A DNA stretch of 63,790 bases, counting the filler, from Octopus bimaculoides (lineage: Eukaryota), in NCBI RefSeq assembly GCF_001194135.2. It is 6 parts of 6 records of this genome, joined end to end, with 100 filler letters (N's around TTAATTAATTAA, not from the genome) between each part and the next. Parts side by side here need not be neighbours in the genome. Positions count along the whole stretch, not along the records: positions 38,386 to 49,610 come from NC_068983.1; positions 49,711 to 56,927 come from NC_069003.1; 4 more parts are not named here. One strand, written 5' to 3'. The translations under genes and the position numbers were made by a program. Below the pieces are notes generated by a model. It did not search any database and was not told the origin of the DNA. It worked only from the letters and a program-made list of their open reading frames with translations. Below, piece by piece: positions 38,638 through 52,054 of the stretch. The stretch's first letter is position 1. Each line of letters starts with the position of its first letter.

Positions 38638-38930
38638 TCAGTTTTCGTCTACCAAATCCACTCACAAGGCTTTGGTCGGCCCGAAGCTACAGTGGAAGAC
38701 ACTTGCCCAAGGTGCCACGCTGTGAGCGCACAGCCACTCCTCTGTGTGTGTGCGTATTTGCCTTTGTATCTGCCTTCCTCTTGACGACCGGTTTTGGTGA
38801 ATTTACGTCCCTGTAAACTAGTAGTTCGCCAAAAGAGACCCATAAGTAGAAGGCTTAAAAACATATACAATAAGTACTGGGGTCGATTCGTTGAAAGAGA
38901 TGCTCCAGCAAGGTCCAATGACTAAAACGC
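38638..38930. mobile_element. Family A SINE with head (38638-38745, minus) and tail (38746-38930, plus) in opposite orientation
   Basis: Both halves match the family in opposite senses and abut directly. Confidence 0.75.
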
Positions 38931-38954
38931 ACTGAGGACTGAACTGGCTCTAGA

Positions 38955-39043
38955 TGACAATAGTCTAATGGTAGCATAATTGTCGCGAAAACGAAGTGGT
39001 ATGGGTTCGAGTCCCAGGTGTACAAGAAAGCCTACTTTTTTTC
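38955..39043 (+). pseudogene. Degenerate tRNA-like sequence with T-run
   Basis: A-box tagtctaatggtag, T arm tggg-ttcgagt-ccca, then gcctacttttttt, similar to the tail of the 32444 unit. No acceptor stem. Confidence 0.5.
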
Positions 39044-39115
39044 CGTCGAGGGCTTATATGCCCCATTATTAGACTATTTTCTTTAATCATGGCGCGGTGA
39101 TCGCTTATAAAATAC

Positions 39116-39215
<100 letters not shown>

Positions 39216-39776
39216 CTCCTGATCCAGAGATTGAGCCCCAAAGTATATACGACGAACGATGATATAGGTAACTAATTACGATATAAAATTAGGAAAAATT
39301 ATGCAAAATAGGAACTAGTTATTATAGGTGGTAGCTGATCGTAGTATATTACAGGTACTTATACAAACCAAATTAAGGTGGTTGGCACTTTTGGCTTATT
39401 ACAAGTCGCAACCAAATCACATTGGACAATGTAGTCCTGTATATACTGTCGGATAAAAAGGAAACGAGATGGTTACATTTAGAATGTCTTTGATTGCAGG
39501 ACTGCACGATCACGATCGATCTGGAATTAAACAACATCAATTTGGTATTTATACAAGGCAATGAGAGAACTTCTAAGTAGTCAATCGAACTTGCAAGAAA
39601 TAACAACCTAAAGTGCCCTCTAACTGCGTTCTACTCTCTATAGAAAAATGGAGATGCATATCAGAAAATGTAGTCCTAGATATGCAATCCATGAAGTAGA
39701 CATGTCTGGAATACTTTTGATCATGGTTTTGCTTAGTCAGAGCTACCTGGGGTTAAACAACAACAGCAGCAACATC

Positions 39777-39843
<67 letters not shown>

Positions 39844-40772
39844 GAAGCTACAGCAATGGGTATTTTATTGACACAAAATAGATGGAAATTTGGAATCTAG
39901 AGAGATGAAACGAAATACTTTAAAGTATGTAGTTTGGCGCTTTACTATTTCTACTAACTCATCATCTTCCCCATCCCTCTATTATATAACTATCCGTACA
40001 GCAGCAGGCAATTATGTCTGCACATAACAATCAATCAATACATACATACATACATACATACATACATACATACATACATACATACATACACATACGCATA
40101 TATATATATATACATAAACACACATACGCATTTACACATGTATTACAAGCAATCGATTTCACTGACTGTTAAGGACGAACGCATCTCACCAATGACATAA
40201 AATGGAATCGATTTGTTCACGATTTTGGGAGCTGTCATGGTTCTTGCACATGACTTATGAATAGGAACTAGATTCACTTATCGAGTTCCTAACGTCTTTC
40301 CTTATTTCTTCAAAGAAGGCAATTTGGTTGGCACTAAGAGTTGTTACCAGAACCAAATACAGCAGTATTATATTTTCTCTCTCTCTCTTTTCTTCTCTCT
40401 CTGTCTGAGTGTCTGTCTGCCTGTCTCTCTCTCTCTCCATCTCTTCTCTTACACCCTCCTCTCGGTTATCTACATAAATTCATGGAACAAAGAGAAACTA
40501 ATATCGTTCGACTTGCTAGAAGTAGCAACCAAATCTTATTGAAATTACACTGACACCCTTGAAAGAGAAAAGATACAGTGGATAATGTACTCCTAGATAG
40601 ACTGAGTCAGAAAAAGATATGTTGATTATTGATAGAATACCTTTGGATGCTAGGTCTACTTCATTAGACCCTTATTTGGCCAAATCTGGGCATCAAAAGA
40701 GATAATATATTGTGACCTCAATATTGCTCTTCCTATTAATATTAATATTAATATTAATATTAATATTAAGAT

Positions 40773-40990
40773 AAAGGTGGCGAGCTAGCAGAATCATTAA
40801 CATGCCGGGTAAAATGTATTGCGGTATTTCTTCCGTCTTTACGTTCTGGGTTCAAATACCGCCGAAGTCAACTTGCCCTTCCATACTTTCTGGGTCAATA
40901 AAGTAAGTATCAGTTGAGCACTGCTGTCGATGTAATCGACTTACCCCATCCCCGAACTTGCTGGCCTAGTGTCACAATTTGAAAACCAAT
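40773..40990 (+). mobile_element. Family B SINE
   Basis: aaggtggcgagctagcagaatc..gggttcaaataccgcc..gtcgatgtaatcgacttacccc. Confidence 0.85.
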
Positions 40991-41267
40991 ATTAGATGAG
41001 GTATACAGAATGGTCTAAATTCAAACAAATATTTATCGTAGCAGAAGCGAAATAGAAGACAAAACGGCCAACGAACGCAATGGTTTTGCGACGAATATTT
41101 CCCATTAAAAACATTAGTTTCTACTTCATATCAAAGTACACCGACATATAGATCAGAGGAAGGCTTCAAAGCGATCACTTGATCTGCTATAAATTGCCAA
41201 ATCTCTCACAAACCATACCTGACAGATTTAAACAAGGCAGGACTGGATAACACAATTCTCAATATCC

Positions 41268-41461
41268 TTTCTATAATAGGCACAAGGCTCGAAACTTTGG
41301 AGGAGGGGGAGTCTAGTCGATTACATAGACCCCAGCTCTCAACTGGTACTTAGTTCATCGACTCCGAAAGGATGAAAGGAAATGTCGACCTCGGTGGAAT
41401 TCGTACTCAGAACGTTAAGCCTAAAGATACTCTGCTAACGATTCTACACCCTCGCCGCTTT
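41268..41461 (-). mobile_element. Family B SINE
   Basis: ggcacaaggctcgaaac..gtcgacctcggtggaattcgtactcag..ctcgccgctt. Confidence 0.82.
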
Positions 41462-41578
41462 AACATAGTTTTAGATGTACTGTATCTAAATAATTGTTTC
41501 TAACATAGACCTGATACTTTTATCAGCATAAGCTATACATTGACTGGTACTTTTATCAACATATGCTATACTTTAGAG

Positions 41579-41750
41579 CAGTCATGGGCAAACTGCAGGC
41601 CGCAGGATTTTGTAAATGGTACGCCCACGAAAAATGAATTTTTTAGTAGCGAGGCCTGCTTGATGATGAGCCATCTCTCATGCAACCCACATCTCGAAAA
41701 CAGCTATTCATGCCCGGCTTAGAGTTTGGTAGACTTGGGCCAGCGACAGT
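41579..41750 (+). mobile_element. hAT/Charlie-type MITE remnant
   Basis: Starts cagtcatgggcaaactgcaggccgc, similar to hAT terminal motif CAGGGGTGGGCAAACT. The far TIR is poorly preserved. Confidence 0.4.
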
Positions 41751-42323
41751 TAGATGAATTGTCTTCCAGGTGAAAACTAAAATAAAATGCATTCTCGATA
41801 CAATACAAGAGTTCATGTTAAACATTCGTTCATTCATCTGTGCCCCTATTGCTTACCGAAGTAAGCTGTCCTTACCCGATAATGCCTATTTATTAGTTAT
41901 GTGGACTGAGTTAGCAAGAATTAAGGTGTCTTGGTACTGACAATGCGTAATACCAAAAAGGTGGTGTTATGAATATTCAAGTTCTCCCAGTTTACGAAAA
42001 GAAAATACGTAGCTAAAAAAGCATGTTTATTTATTATTTTGCTAACTTTATTGCCGAAAATAATTAAAGTTGTGGTTCAATGGAAATCTACAACATAGAA
42101 GTTGTAGATCTTTATAATGAACAGTAATTAAGAGGAAACCATTGTTAATTAGAGCGTTATTCTTGAAATTCGTTACAAAATAAATGAGTGTATAATTTTC
42201 GTGATAGATGGCTTAAATTTTTGATAAATCGGTCATCTGATATAGAGCTGTTTCCACGTGCCAATAGAACCAAACAAACATTCCACAGAACTTTGTTTAG
42301 ATATAAGGAGTGAAAGAGAGAGA

Positions 42324-42373
<50 letters not shown>

Positions 42374-42484
42374 GATAGAGAGAGAGAGAGATGGAGAGAG
42401 AGAGAGAGAGAGAGAGAAAAGGACGGAATAAGGGAGAAAAATAAACTCTTGCGTTGTTTGTAGGAATATTTATCCGCATTTGTA

Positions 42485-42531
<47 letters not shown>

Positions 42532-42704
42532 NNNNNNNNNNNNNNNNNNNNNNNNNNNNNNNNNNNNNNNNNNNNNNNNNNNNNNNNNNNNNNNNNNNNN
42601 NNNNNNNNNNNNNNNNNNNNNNNNNNNNNNNNNNNNNNNNNNNNNNNNNNNNNNNNNNNNNNNNNNNNNNNNNNNNNNNNNNNNNNNNNNNNNNNNNNNN
42701 NNNN

Positions 42705-42764
<60 letters not shown>

Positions 42765-44931
42765 ATGAAAAACAAGGAAAGTAAAAGTACAAGGCGCTTT
42801 CTGGTTAACATTCATTTTGAATGTCAGTTTTGATATACAAAACCATGATATTACCATGTCTTCCCTACACTCCAGCATTTCGTTATCACATACATACATA
42901 CATACATACATACATACATAGACACACACACATACACACACACATATGAATATGTATGTGTACACACACACACAAACACGTGCGTGCACATATATGAATA
43001 TGAATGGTAAAACATCTCCACTAAGAATTGAGAATGTATTATGTTTACATTAGTTACAATCGGCTAAATTCTGCATTAACACTGGAAACATCTGTGTAAA
43101 TGCCAACATGACGGATATTAAAGAATCTATCCATCTAATATATAGGTTGGAAAATACTAGACCTGTTAATTGTTGTTTTTAATCTTCGCCGCAGCAGATC
43201 GTTCTGGCAACATAATGGAATTAGCCGGGAGTAATTTTGATCTTGATGCATTTCTCGAAGTGTACCATTTTCTAGTTTGTTTCATTCTTTACTAGCATGT
43301 GGAAAATGTATTTCAGTTATTTATGGTTAAATAGATTTCTTGAGGGAAAAATCTCAAACGAAATGACTACCACAATGGCCTACTGCTTAGTCACAACATT
43401 GGCAACGTGTTTTTTTCGTTCATACGTATTTGTTACTTTTTCTATTTTCGATAATAATAATAATAAAAAAATTTTGAAAAGCCCAATAGATATTACTTGC
43501 ACTTGAATACTTTACTACAAATAAACACATCATGCAGGTTTGGATATATTGTAGTTCTCAGATATTAATAAGATTATAAAATTTAAAAAGAAACATTCGC
43601 TTCTCGCTTATGCGTTTCTTTGATGGAAAGTGAAAGAAATGGAGTAGTCCAATTGATTTGGTGTATCATCTCTTAAACTATCTCCCTTTTGGATACTTTA
43701 ATGGGGGTGACTGTTTGAAAATATTGATAATATAATCTCTCTAAGGATACAGGAAGAAGATAACATTTGTACGATAAATAGGGTGATCTACAATTACACA
43801 AGACATGTTAAACTGGAAGTTATTCGTTTTATGTATTTCCCAAAGGCATTGGCGATTTAGGCAAAATGGCTTCAGTTTAGAAACGAAACTGGCGCGTGGA
43901 CATGATTATTCAGCTTCTAAACTCTATGTAGATTATGTGCTCTCTTCTATGATCGAACACAACGCAGACTAACAAGGAATCAGGTGATTCAACAATAAAA
44001 AGCCAAAATGCACCAAAAAAGAAAAGTTTTCAGAGAAGAATATTGTGGAATTTCTTGTAAGTTCTTATGTTTCTTGACAAGCAAAAGAGTTGAACCAAAA
44101 ACGCTATTCTAAGGAAACATTGGTTAACTTATAGATTTTCTTCTGTTGCTTGCAACGATTAGCTGTACCCACCCTTGGCACGTGTTCCAGATAAATGAAC
44201 AGGACATTTTTTTAAAATCCGCGGTTGTATATTGTTTGTTCTTTTTTTTACGAATATTCGCTATTCCTGGCATTTTCATGTATGATACGCTAATAGTAAC
44301 TATAAGAAACAGTTATTGAAACACAAGATTTACTTAAAATAACCATTCAGCAGAATCAAAGCCATAAGACAAAAAAAAAACAAATTGCAAAAAGACAAAG
44401 AATCTCCCCCAAAACACATGAAATATTGCCGAAATTCATAAAATAATGATTACCAAATTTTGGAAACTGTAGAAACGAAATGGAGTCGGAGTAAAATGCT
44501 TGTTAGTATTTAGATTGGAATCTCTCTTTGTTGAGTTCAAAGTAAAATCAACTTTGTCTTTCATGTTGCAGTAGTCAATAAAATAAGTACCATTGATATT
44601 TTGGGCTCTTTTTGGAAATTGGTCCTTTGCCTACTCGAAAGAAATTAATTAGAGACCAAAATAAAACTACTCAAAAGAAAATAATACTAGTAGTATGTTT
44701 AACAAATGTACAACCCACTGTAGAGAGTATATATTCCATAATTATCACTGGGTCATTATTGGAAGGGCCACTGGAAGATTTTGTTTTCATGTAGTGATTA
44801 AGTGAAGGAGATACGTTGGCGAAGCTTTCTCGTTATCTGCTTAATGCCGAAATAGTAGAATATATAGCAAAAGCTAACGAGAGATTCGTGAATACTTCCT
44901 GAAGCGACATAAGAATTAATTGCCTTCTTCT

Positions 44932-45003
<72 letters not shown>

Positions 45004-45663
45004 CCCTATCGGCGAACACCACATCAAACCGCACTTTTTTTCGAGGTTATTAAAAAACTATTGATTTCCTTTGTTTCTCAAGTTGAAGAGGTTATAGTCG
45101 TATAAACGATTTCAGTTAAATACTGGTAATTGCTTTATCGACATCCGTAGAAAAGACGACGGGAAGTAGTAGCAGAGAAGGTACTAGTAGTAGTAGTAGT
45201 GATGGTGGTGGTGGTGGTAGTGTTGGTGGCTAAGTTTATCGAAGAGAGTTTTTAACTATGAAACAGCATATAAGATGCCGTTAAAGTATCTAACTCTAGC
45301 TCTTAAAAGTCTGTGCAGCGACCCGATCAGACTAGTTTCGAGCGGGAGCGGCGAAGACGAGATATTGAAACATATCTGATGTTCCTTCGGCACACAACTT
45401 GTACAGATTATTTACTCAGTTTAATATTTGCTTTCATAAAGGGTGTGTAATGCGTTTTAATTTAGAAGATAATCTATATCGTAAATCTCTTTGGTTTTAG
45501 TTTAGAGCTATCATATTTTACAGTTCAGTTGTTTTTCATCAGTTTAATATCCGGTTATATTATATTAACATTACTGCGAAGGTTTACAACTGACACAGAA
45601 AAGTAGAGACTAGATTCTAATCAAGATTTCTCAAGAATCTATATTCACAATGCCTAAGTGTAT

Positions 45664-45722
<59 letters not shown>

Positions 45723-46560
45723 TACACAACTGTATGTATGTATATACTACACCAACACTTATCTCTCTACACATGTATGTGTGTGTGTGCATGTATATAC
45801 ACCAACACTCATGCATACATATATATATACACATATAGATATATATGAATGCATATATATATATATATATATACACGCCCCCCCCCCCACACACACCTGT
45901 ATGTACTTACATATGTATTTGTATGCACACACAAATCACATACAAAAACTTACGCACATACTAATGATGTGTGATGTGTATATTAAACTTTCGTTATCTA
46001 CTCTTTATAGCTCGCCAACTATTTACACACACAATTACATACATACATATGCACCCACGCACCGATGGAAATACACATGTATGCAACATGCGCAAGTGCG
46101 AGCGCACACATATACACATTTTCAATGTGAAAGCGCTAAATAATTTATAATTGTTAGTGTTGATAGTGCAGGGAAACAAATGTCTGTTTATCTTATCCAA
46201 TCATGATTTGGTTTAGTTGTTTCTGCAACGGTTAATTTCCTTTTGTCTTTTACGTTATACGCTTGAAAGGAATTGTTCTACGAGTTAGTTTTCTAACGAA
46301 GTTTATTATTGTTTTTGTTTGGGGGGTGGCTCCTGGGTGGTTAACATTCATCATTAATGCTCAATATATTTTGTCTCTGAGACCAGCTAATTGATCTCTA
46401 CCATAAAGTAATTTTCGTGGTGTCCAATAGACAAAGGGACACTTTCTTTTATCGGAGAAGTATATTCCATTATAGGTTTGTTACCAAAGAAAATACCCTG
46501 ACAGAAATTTTAAAATTGAAGGTTGGGATATATTATTAAAATTTCTATAAAACAAAGTGC

Positions 46561-46825
46561 ATAGGCGTGGGTGTGTGGTAAGAAGTTTGCCTCTCAGCCA
46601 TTCTGTTTCGGAATCAGTCTCACTTCGTGGCACCTTGAGCAAGTGTTTTCTACTGTAGTACTGGACCGATTCTTGGGAATGAATTTGGTAGACGAAAACT
46701 GAAAGAAGCACGCTATGTATCCGTGTGTATGTGTGTGTGTGTGTGCGTATGTGTGTGTATGTGTGTGTGTGTGTGTGTGTGCGTGCGATGTGTGCGCGTC
46801 TTTGTGTTTGTCCCTCACCGGTTTT
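46561..46825 (+). mobile_element. Family A SINE, 3'-truncated
   Basis: ataggcgtgggtgtgtggtaagaag..ccttgagcaagt..gaaactgaaagaagc, then (GT)n. Confidence 0.85.
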
Positions 46826-47394
46826 GGTTTGTGTACGTACTTGTGACATATTGGTTATGCATAAGAAACAAAAAAAGTTGCTTATTCTGTCAGAAATAAC
46901 GATGAAACTTTCTCGAAGTTAAAAAGAAAGTAATATATTGGATAGTGTAATATTGATGATTCAAATGCCGAGGAAAAATACAGGATCGCCACGACTGGAA
47001 CGTCTTCGATCACAGGTCGGCTTACTCAAAGTTAACCTAGGGCAAAACTACAGCATCAATTAGCCAACATCACTCATGTGATGGTATAAAAGCTATAATG
47101 ATAAATACAGCATGTACTTCTACATGAGCGGATATACTTTTACACTTGGTAGATACACCTGGATTGTTTATCATCGCTTTTCAAGGTAACTAAGTTATAA
47201 ATGGGGGTGGTGGTGATGGTAATAATAAGGTGGAGGTTGTGATACACGAAAGTTTCTGACGTCAATCGCAAGCAAGTACGGCTTCGTATTGTGTACCATG
47301 TTTTCGCAAATTGTTTTAGGTGCTCCTCGGTCCGCTTACCTTTGACCGAACAGAGCATCCAAGATTCAATAGTTGGGCAGAGAAAGAGAGAAAT

Positions 47395-47459
<65 letters not shown>

Positions 47460-47520
47460 NNNNNNNNNNNNNNNNNNNNNNNNNNNNNNNNNNNNNNNNN
47501 NNNNNNNNNNNNNNNNNNNN

Positions 47521-47576
<56 letters not shown>

Positions 47577-47904
47577 GAAAGAGAGAGTGAGAAAGAGAGA
47601 GAGGGGGTTCTGCATCAGAAGTGAACTAGTTCTCACTTATTTTCCCTGGAACAAGGGAAAATAAGTGCCTTGTTCAACACGATACACTGCCCTGCTCAAA
47701 AACCGAACCGACGATATTACGATCGTGATCACGGCTTTCCAACCATTAGGCCATCCGACTTCCGTCATTCCTATAAATATTTAAAAAAATCGTTCTGCAG
47801 GACGTGTTGTAACTCACTAGCAGACATGACTGATCGAGAAGAAACTCCACTCTGTGATCATAATCAGCATCATCAACAATAACAACATCCCTTGAACATT
47901 GCTG

Positions 47905-48130
47905 TCATAGGGCCGGTTAACCGGTTTCCACGGCGTAAAAAGAGACCCAAGTCACAATATTTCCCCTGGAGGATACGCCAGTACATCGCAGGGTTACTCA
48001 TTTACAGCCTACTGGACTGGAGACCAATGTGAAATAAAGCATTTTGCTCAAGAACATAACGCATCACTTGGTCCGTGAATCAAAACCCGTGATCTTGCAA
48101 TCGTGGGCTGAGCAGCCTCACAACTAGGCG
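47905..48130 (-). mobile_element. tRNA-derived SINE with CORE-like block (family D)
   Basis: Reverse complement: gcctagttgtgaggctgc..ggttttgattcac..ttatgttcttgagcaaaatgctttatttcac. Confidence 0.65.
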
Positions 48131-48751
48131 GCCAGTCTACAATGCTACTTTATTCCGCATTGAAATAACATATTTGTTCTACAGCTGAAATATCATAAAT
48201 ACAAGACTATGCAACACATCTCCCTTTTACACTAGTCTGAACTCATCTATTACAGGCAACTGAAAACTTTGTCGAACATATATCTATGAATATAATAGCC
48301 ATGAAAACAGATATGGGAGATTTAATATTTGGATACATTATTGATTTATAGAAGTCTGTTCGGCTGGTTATAAAGTCAACATTCAATAGATGCTGCAACA
48401 TCCGAAAGAAGAATTATAGAGAAACAAGCCAGACCAAACCCAATGCTTCCTAACTGACTGATCCATAGTAAAATAGGTTGTTGTTGTTGTTGTTATTGTT
48501 GTCATTACAAAAAAAAACCCCCAAAAAACCAAAAACCAAAATTCAAAGCAATAAAACAAAACGAAAAACTTAGATAAATGAGATTTAGGAACAATCAGAT
48601 AGCTACAGTTAGGCAAATACATGCACATTTAATGTAATGTGCATTAGAAATTTACCTCTAAAGAAAAATACTTATACATACATACGTACATACATACACA
48701 TAGAATATATTTCAATATGCATATATATGTATCTATATATGTATCTATCTA

Positions 48752-48811
<60 letters not shown>

Positions 48812-49553
48812 CATTATTATTATATTACATACATATGAATATATATCTTTTTCCTCTCTCTTTCTCTCTCTGTCTCGATATATCTATATCTATATGTGCA
48901 GTTATTTTAGAAATGAGAGCGCTCTAGCAGTTTAGTTAGGTGTTAGAGTTTCGTCACATAACACTTGGTAAATTGGTTCTTCCTAATTCGTAATCAGAAA
49001 AAAAGAAAAAAAAAAAAACGAAATCTATCAATTGTATGTTAGGCTCACTTCTTTCTGGAAAGCAGATAGTAACATAGACAGGAAGTTATATGCTGTTCTT
49101 TCTTGAGAATGTGAGTTGTAAATTCAAATCGGAGAGAACTTATCGACACTTCCGACGCATGCGCACCCCAATATACGAATATTTATGTATAGGAAGATAT
49201 GTGTATGAGTGGAAATATATATGTATATTGATCTATTGATTGATTGCTCTGAATCATTTGTTCATTCGTATGCAGAAATCCAGCTAGTTCGCTATCTGCA
49301 AATAAACTGCAAATTGCATGCAAGTACACAAAATAGAGAATACGTTTACAATGCACATGTCTCTTCGTATTAAACCGGCAGAATACACAATACGCATTTA
49401 CTTTGCGTACTATATAAATCTATCACACCCATTTCCACACACACATCAACATGTCTGCACACATGCGCACATCCACATACATGTGCGCATCCTCACAAAT
49501 ACATGTATTCTCGGATAGACAGACACACAGACACAGACACAGACACAGACACA

Positions 49554-49610
<57 letters not shown>

Positions 49611-49654
49611 NNNNNNNNNNNNNNNNNNNNNNNNNNNNNNNNNNNNNNNNNNNN

Positions 49655-49666
49655 TTAATTAATTAA
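49655..49666. other. Artificial assembly linker
   Basis: 44 N + TTAATTAATTAA + 44 N. Confidence 0.95.
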
Positions 49667-49727
49667 NNNNNNNNNNNNNNNNNNNNNNNNNNNNNNNNNN
49701 NNNNNNNNNNATAAAGAAATAAGAAAG

Positions 49728-49840
49728 GTTAGAATGCCCGGGTGAAATGCTTAGCGGTATTTCGTCTCTCTTTACATTCTGAGTTCGAATTCTGCCAAGG
49801 TCGACTTTGCCTTTCAACTTTCAGGGTCAATAAATTAGGT
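49728..49840 (+). mobile_element. Family B SINE 5' fragment
   Basis: ccgggtgaaatgcttagcggtatttcg..gagttcgaattctgccaaggtcgactttgcc. Confidence 0.8.
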
Positions 49841-49932
49841 TGATATTTAGATTTTTGTCATTATTAAGGTGGTGTTTCGAACATACACTAACATGAAATT
49901 TCGATGGACTGCTTTAATTTGGATCACTTTAA

Positions 49933-50142
49933 CCCTTTTGTTACCATAAATGTCTGTTGAAATACACTGCCATGTTTTCAATTAATGTTAAAGAAAAACA
50001 AACGAAGAATTCATTAAAATAACCATGTCATTACTGAGCTAACATTTGGAATAGAAATTAACATGAAGTTTCGATCGCTTTAAAACAGGAAGCTTGAATT
50101 ATAGAACCAAGGGTAGTCTCAGAAGGGTTGATATCAAAAGGG
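49933..50142. mobile_element. piggyBac-type MITE
   Basis: TTAA|CCCTTTTGttacc ... gatatCAAAAGGG|TTAA: TTAA on both sides and terminal inverted repeats; 210 bp, non-coding. Confidence 0.65.
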
Positions 50143-50840
50143 TTAAGTTCAAATGGGGAAAAGGTTTGGAAAATTAATTCAATTTCCAAAAGAGTTTCAA
50201 GCGAAAAGAGGACAGATATATTATATTCCACCGCTGTCAGTTTGTATGTATTTACATTGCAGCTTCTCCTTATTTGACCCTTGTTTTGAAAACCCCTCAT
50301 AGTGCATCCCACCACAAATAAGGACTACACTAAGCCCACACACATACATTACTAATCTCGGGCAATTAAGTACTCTTTTGGCTCTCTGAGTCAAACGAGC
50401 TACTAATTTTTAAAAAATTTAATCTTAATTGAGATATGTATATAGGTATGTATGTGTGTGTGTATATTTGTATGCATGTATGTATGTATGAATGAATGCG
50501 CATGTATGTATGTACGCATGCACGTATGTATGTATGTTTTGGTGTTGGTTGAATGAAATGTACTGGGAGTAGATTTTCTGTCCCCAGGAGTTGGGGGCTG
50601 TTGGAACCAAAGTGAAAATCAACACCCAACATGAACAATATCAGATCCCCAATGTAAATTTAAGCACAGAGTGGTTGGCGGGGTATGTGTGTGTGTGTGT
50701 GCTGAAGGAAGGTGGTTTGTCATAGCTCCGTGCCCTTTGACACCTAAACCTACCCCAGAACTGCATGACATGGCTGAGCTCAGAGAAAAATAAATAAGGA
50801 TATAAAAGTATCAAGTTATATTTTTCAACCACATATATGT

Positions 50841-50911
<71 letters not shown>

Positions 50912-51831
50912 NNNNNNNNNNNNNNNNNNNNNNNNNNNNNNNNNNNNNNNNNNNNNNNNNNNNNNNNNNNNNNNNNNNNNNNNNNNNNNNNNNNNNNNNN
51001 NNNNNNNNNNNNNNNNNNNNNNNNNNNNNNNNNNNNNNNNNNNNNNNNNNNNNNNNNNNNNNNNNNNNNNNNNNNNNNNNNNNNNNNNNNNNNNNNNNNN
51101 NNNNNNNNNNNNNNNNNNNNNNNNNNNNNNNNNNNNNNNNNNNNNNNNNNNNNNNNNNNNNNNNNNNNNNNNNNNNNNNNNNNNNNNNNNNNNNNNNNNN
51201 NNNNNNNNNNNNNNNNNNNNNNNNNNNNNNNNNNNNNNNNNNNNNNNNNNNNNNNNNNNNNNNNNNNNNNNNNNNNNNNNNNNNNNNNNNNNNNNNNNNN
51301 NNNNNNNNNNNNNNNNNNNNNNNNNNNNNNNNNNNNNNNNNNNNNNNNNNNNNNNNNNNNNNNNNNNNNNNNNNNNNNNNNNNNNNNNNNNNNNNNNNNN
51401 NNNNNNNNNNNNNNNNNNNNNNNNNNNNNNNNNNNNNNNNNNNNNNNNNNNNNNNNNNNNNNNNNNNNNNNNNNNNNNNNNNNNNNNNNNNNNNNNNNNN
51501 NNNNNNNNNNNNNNNNNNNNNNNNNNNNNNNNNNNNNNNNNNNNNNNNNNNNNNNNNNNNNNNNNNNNNNNNNNNNNNNNNNNNNNNNNNNNNNNNNNNN
51601 NNNNNNNNNNNNNNNNNNNNNNNNNNNNNNNNNNNNNNNNNNNNNNNNNNNNNNNNNNNNNNNNNNNNNNNNNNNNNNNNNNNNNNNNNNNNNNNNNNNN
51701 NNNNNNNNNNNNNNNNNNNNNNNNNNNNNNNNNNNNNNNNNNNNNNNNNNNNNNNNNNNNNNNNNNNNNNNNNNNNNNNNNNNNNNNNNNNNNNNNNNNN
51801 NNNNNNNNNNNNNNNNNNNNNNNNNNNNNNN

Positions 51832-51863
<32 letters not shown>

Positions 51864-51986
51864 CACACACACATATATATAGACACACAAATATATATAT
51901 ACATACACATACATACATGTACATATATATATATATATATACATACACACGCACACATATAGACACACAAATATATACATACATGT

Positions 51987-52054
<68 letters not shown>

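Noticed and set aside
39498-39542. Candidate plus-strand micro-exon (DCTITIDLELNNINL); similar candidates near 10820, 15290 and 43940
   Set aside because: Splice-like dinucleotides around short open frames are expected by chance; no recognisable peptide and no consistent gene model.
40255-40440. Signal-peptide-like minus ORF (LLYLVLVTTLSANQIAFFEEIRK)
   Set aside because: It starts within a GA microsatellite, has no known homolog and no supporting splice structure.
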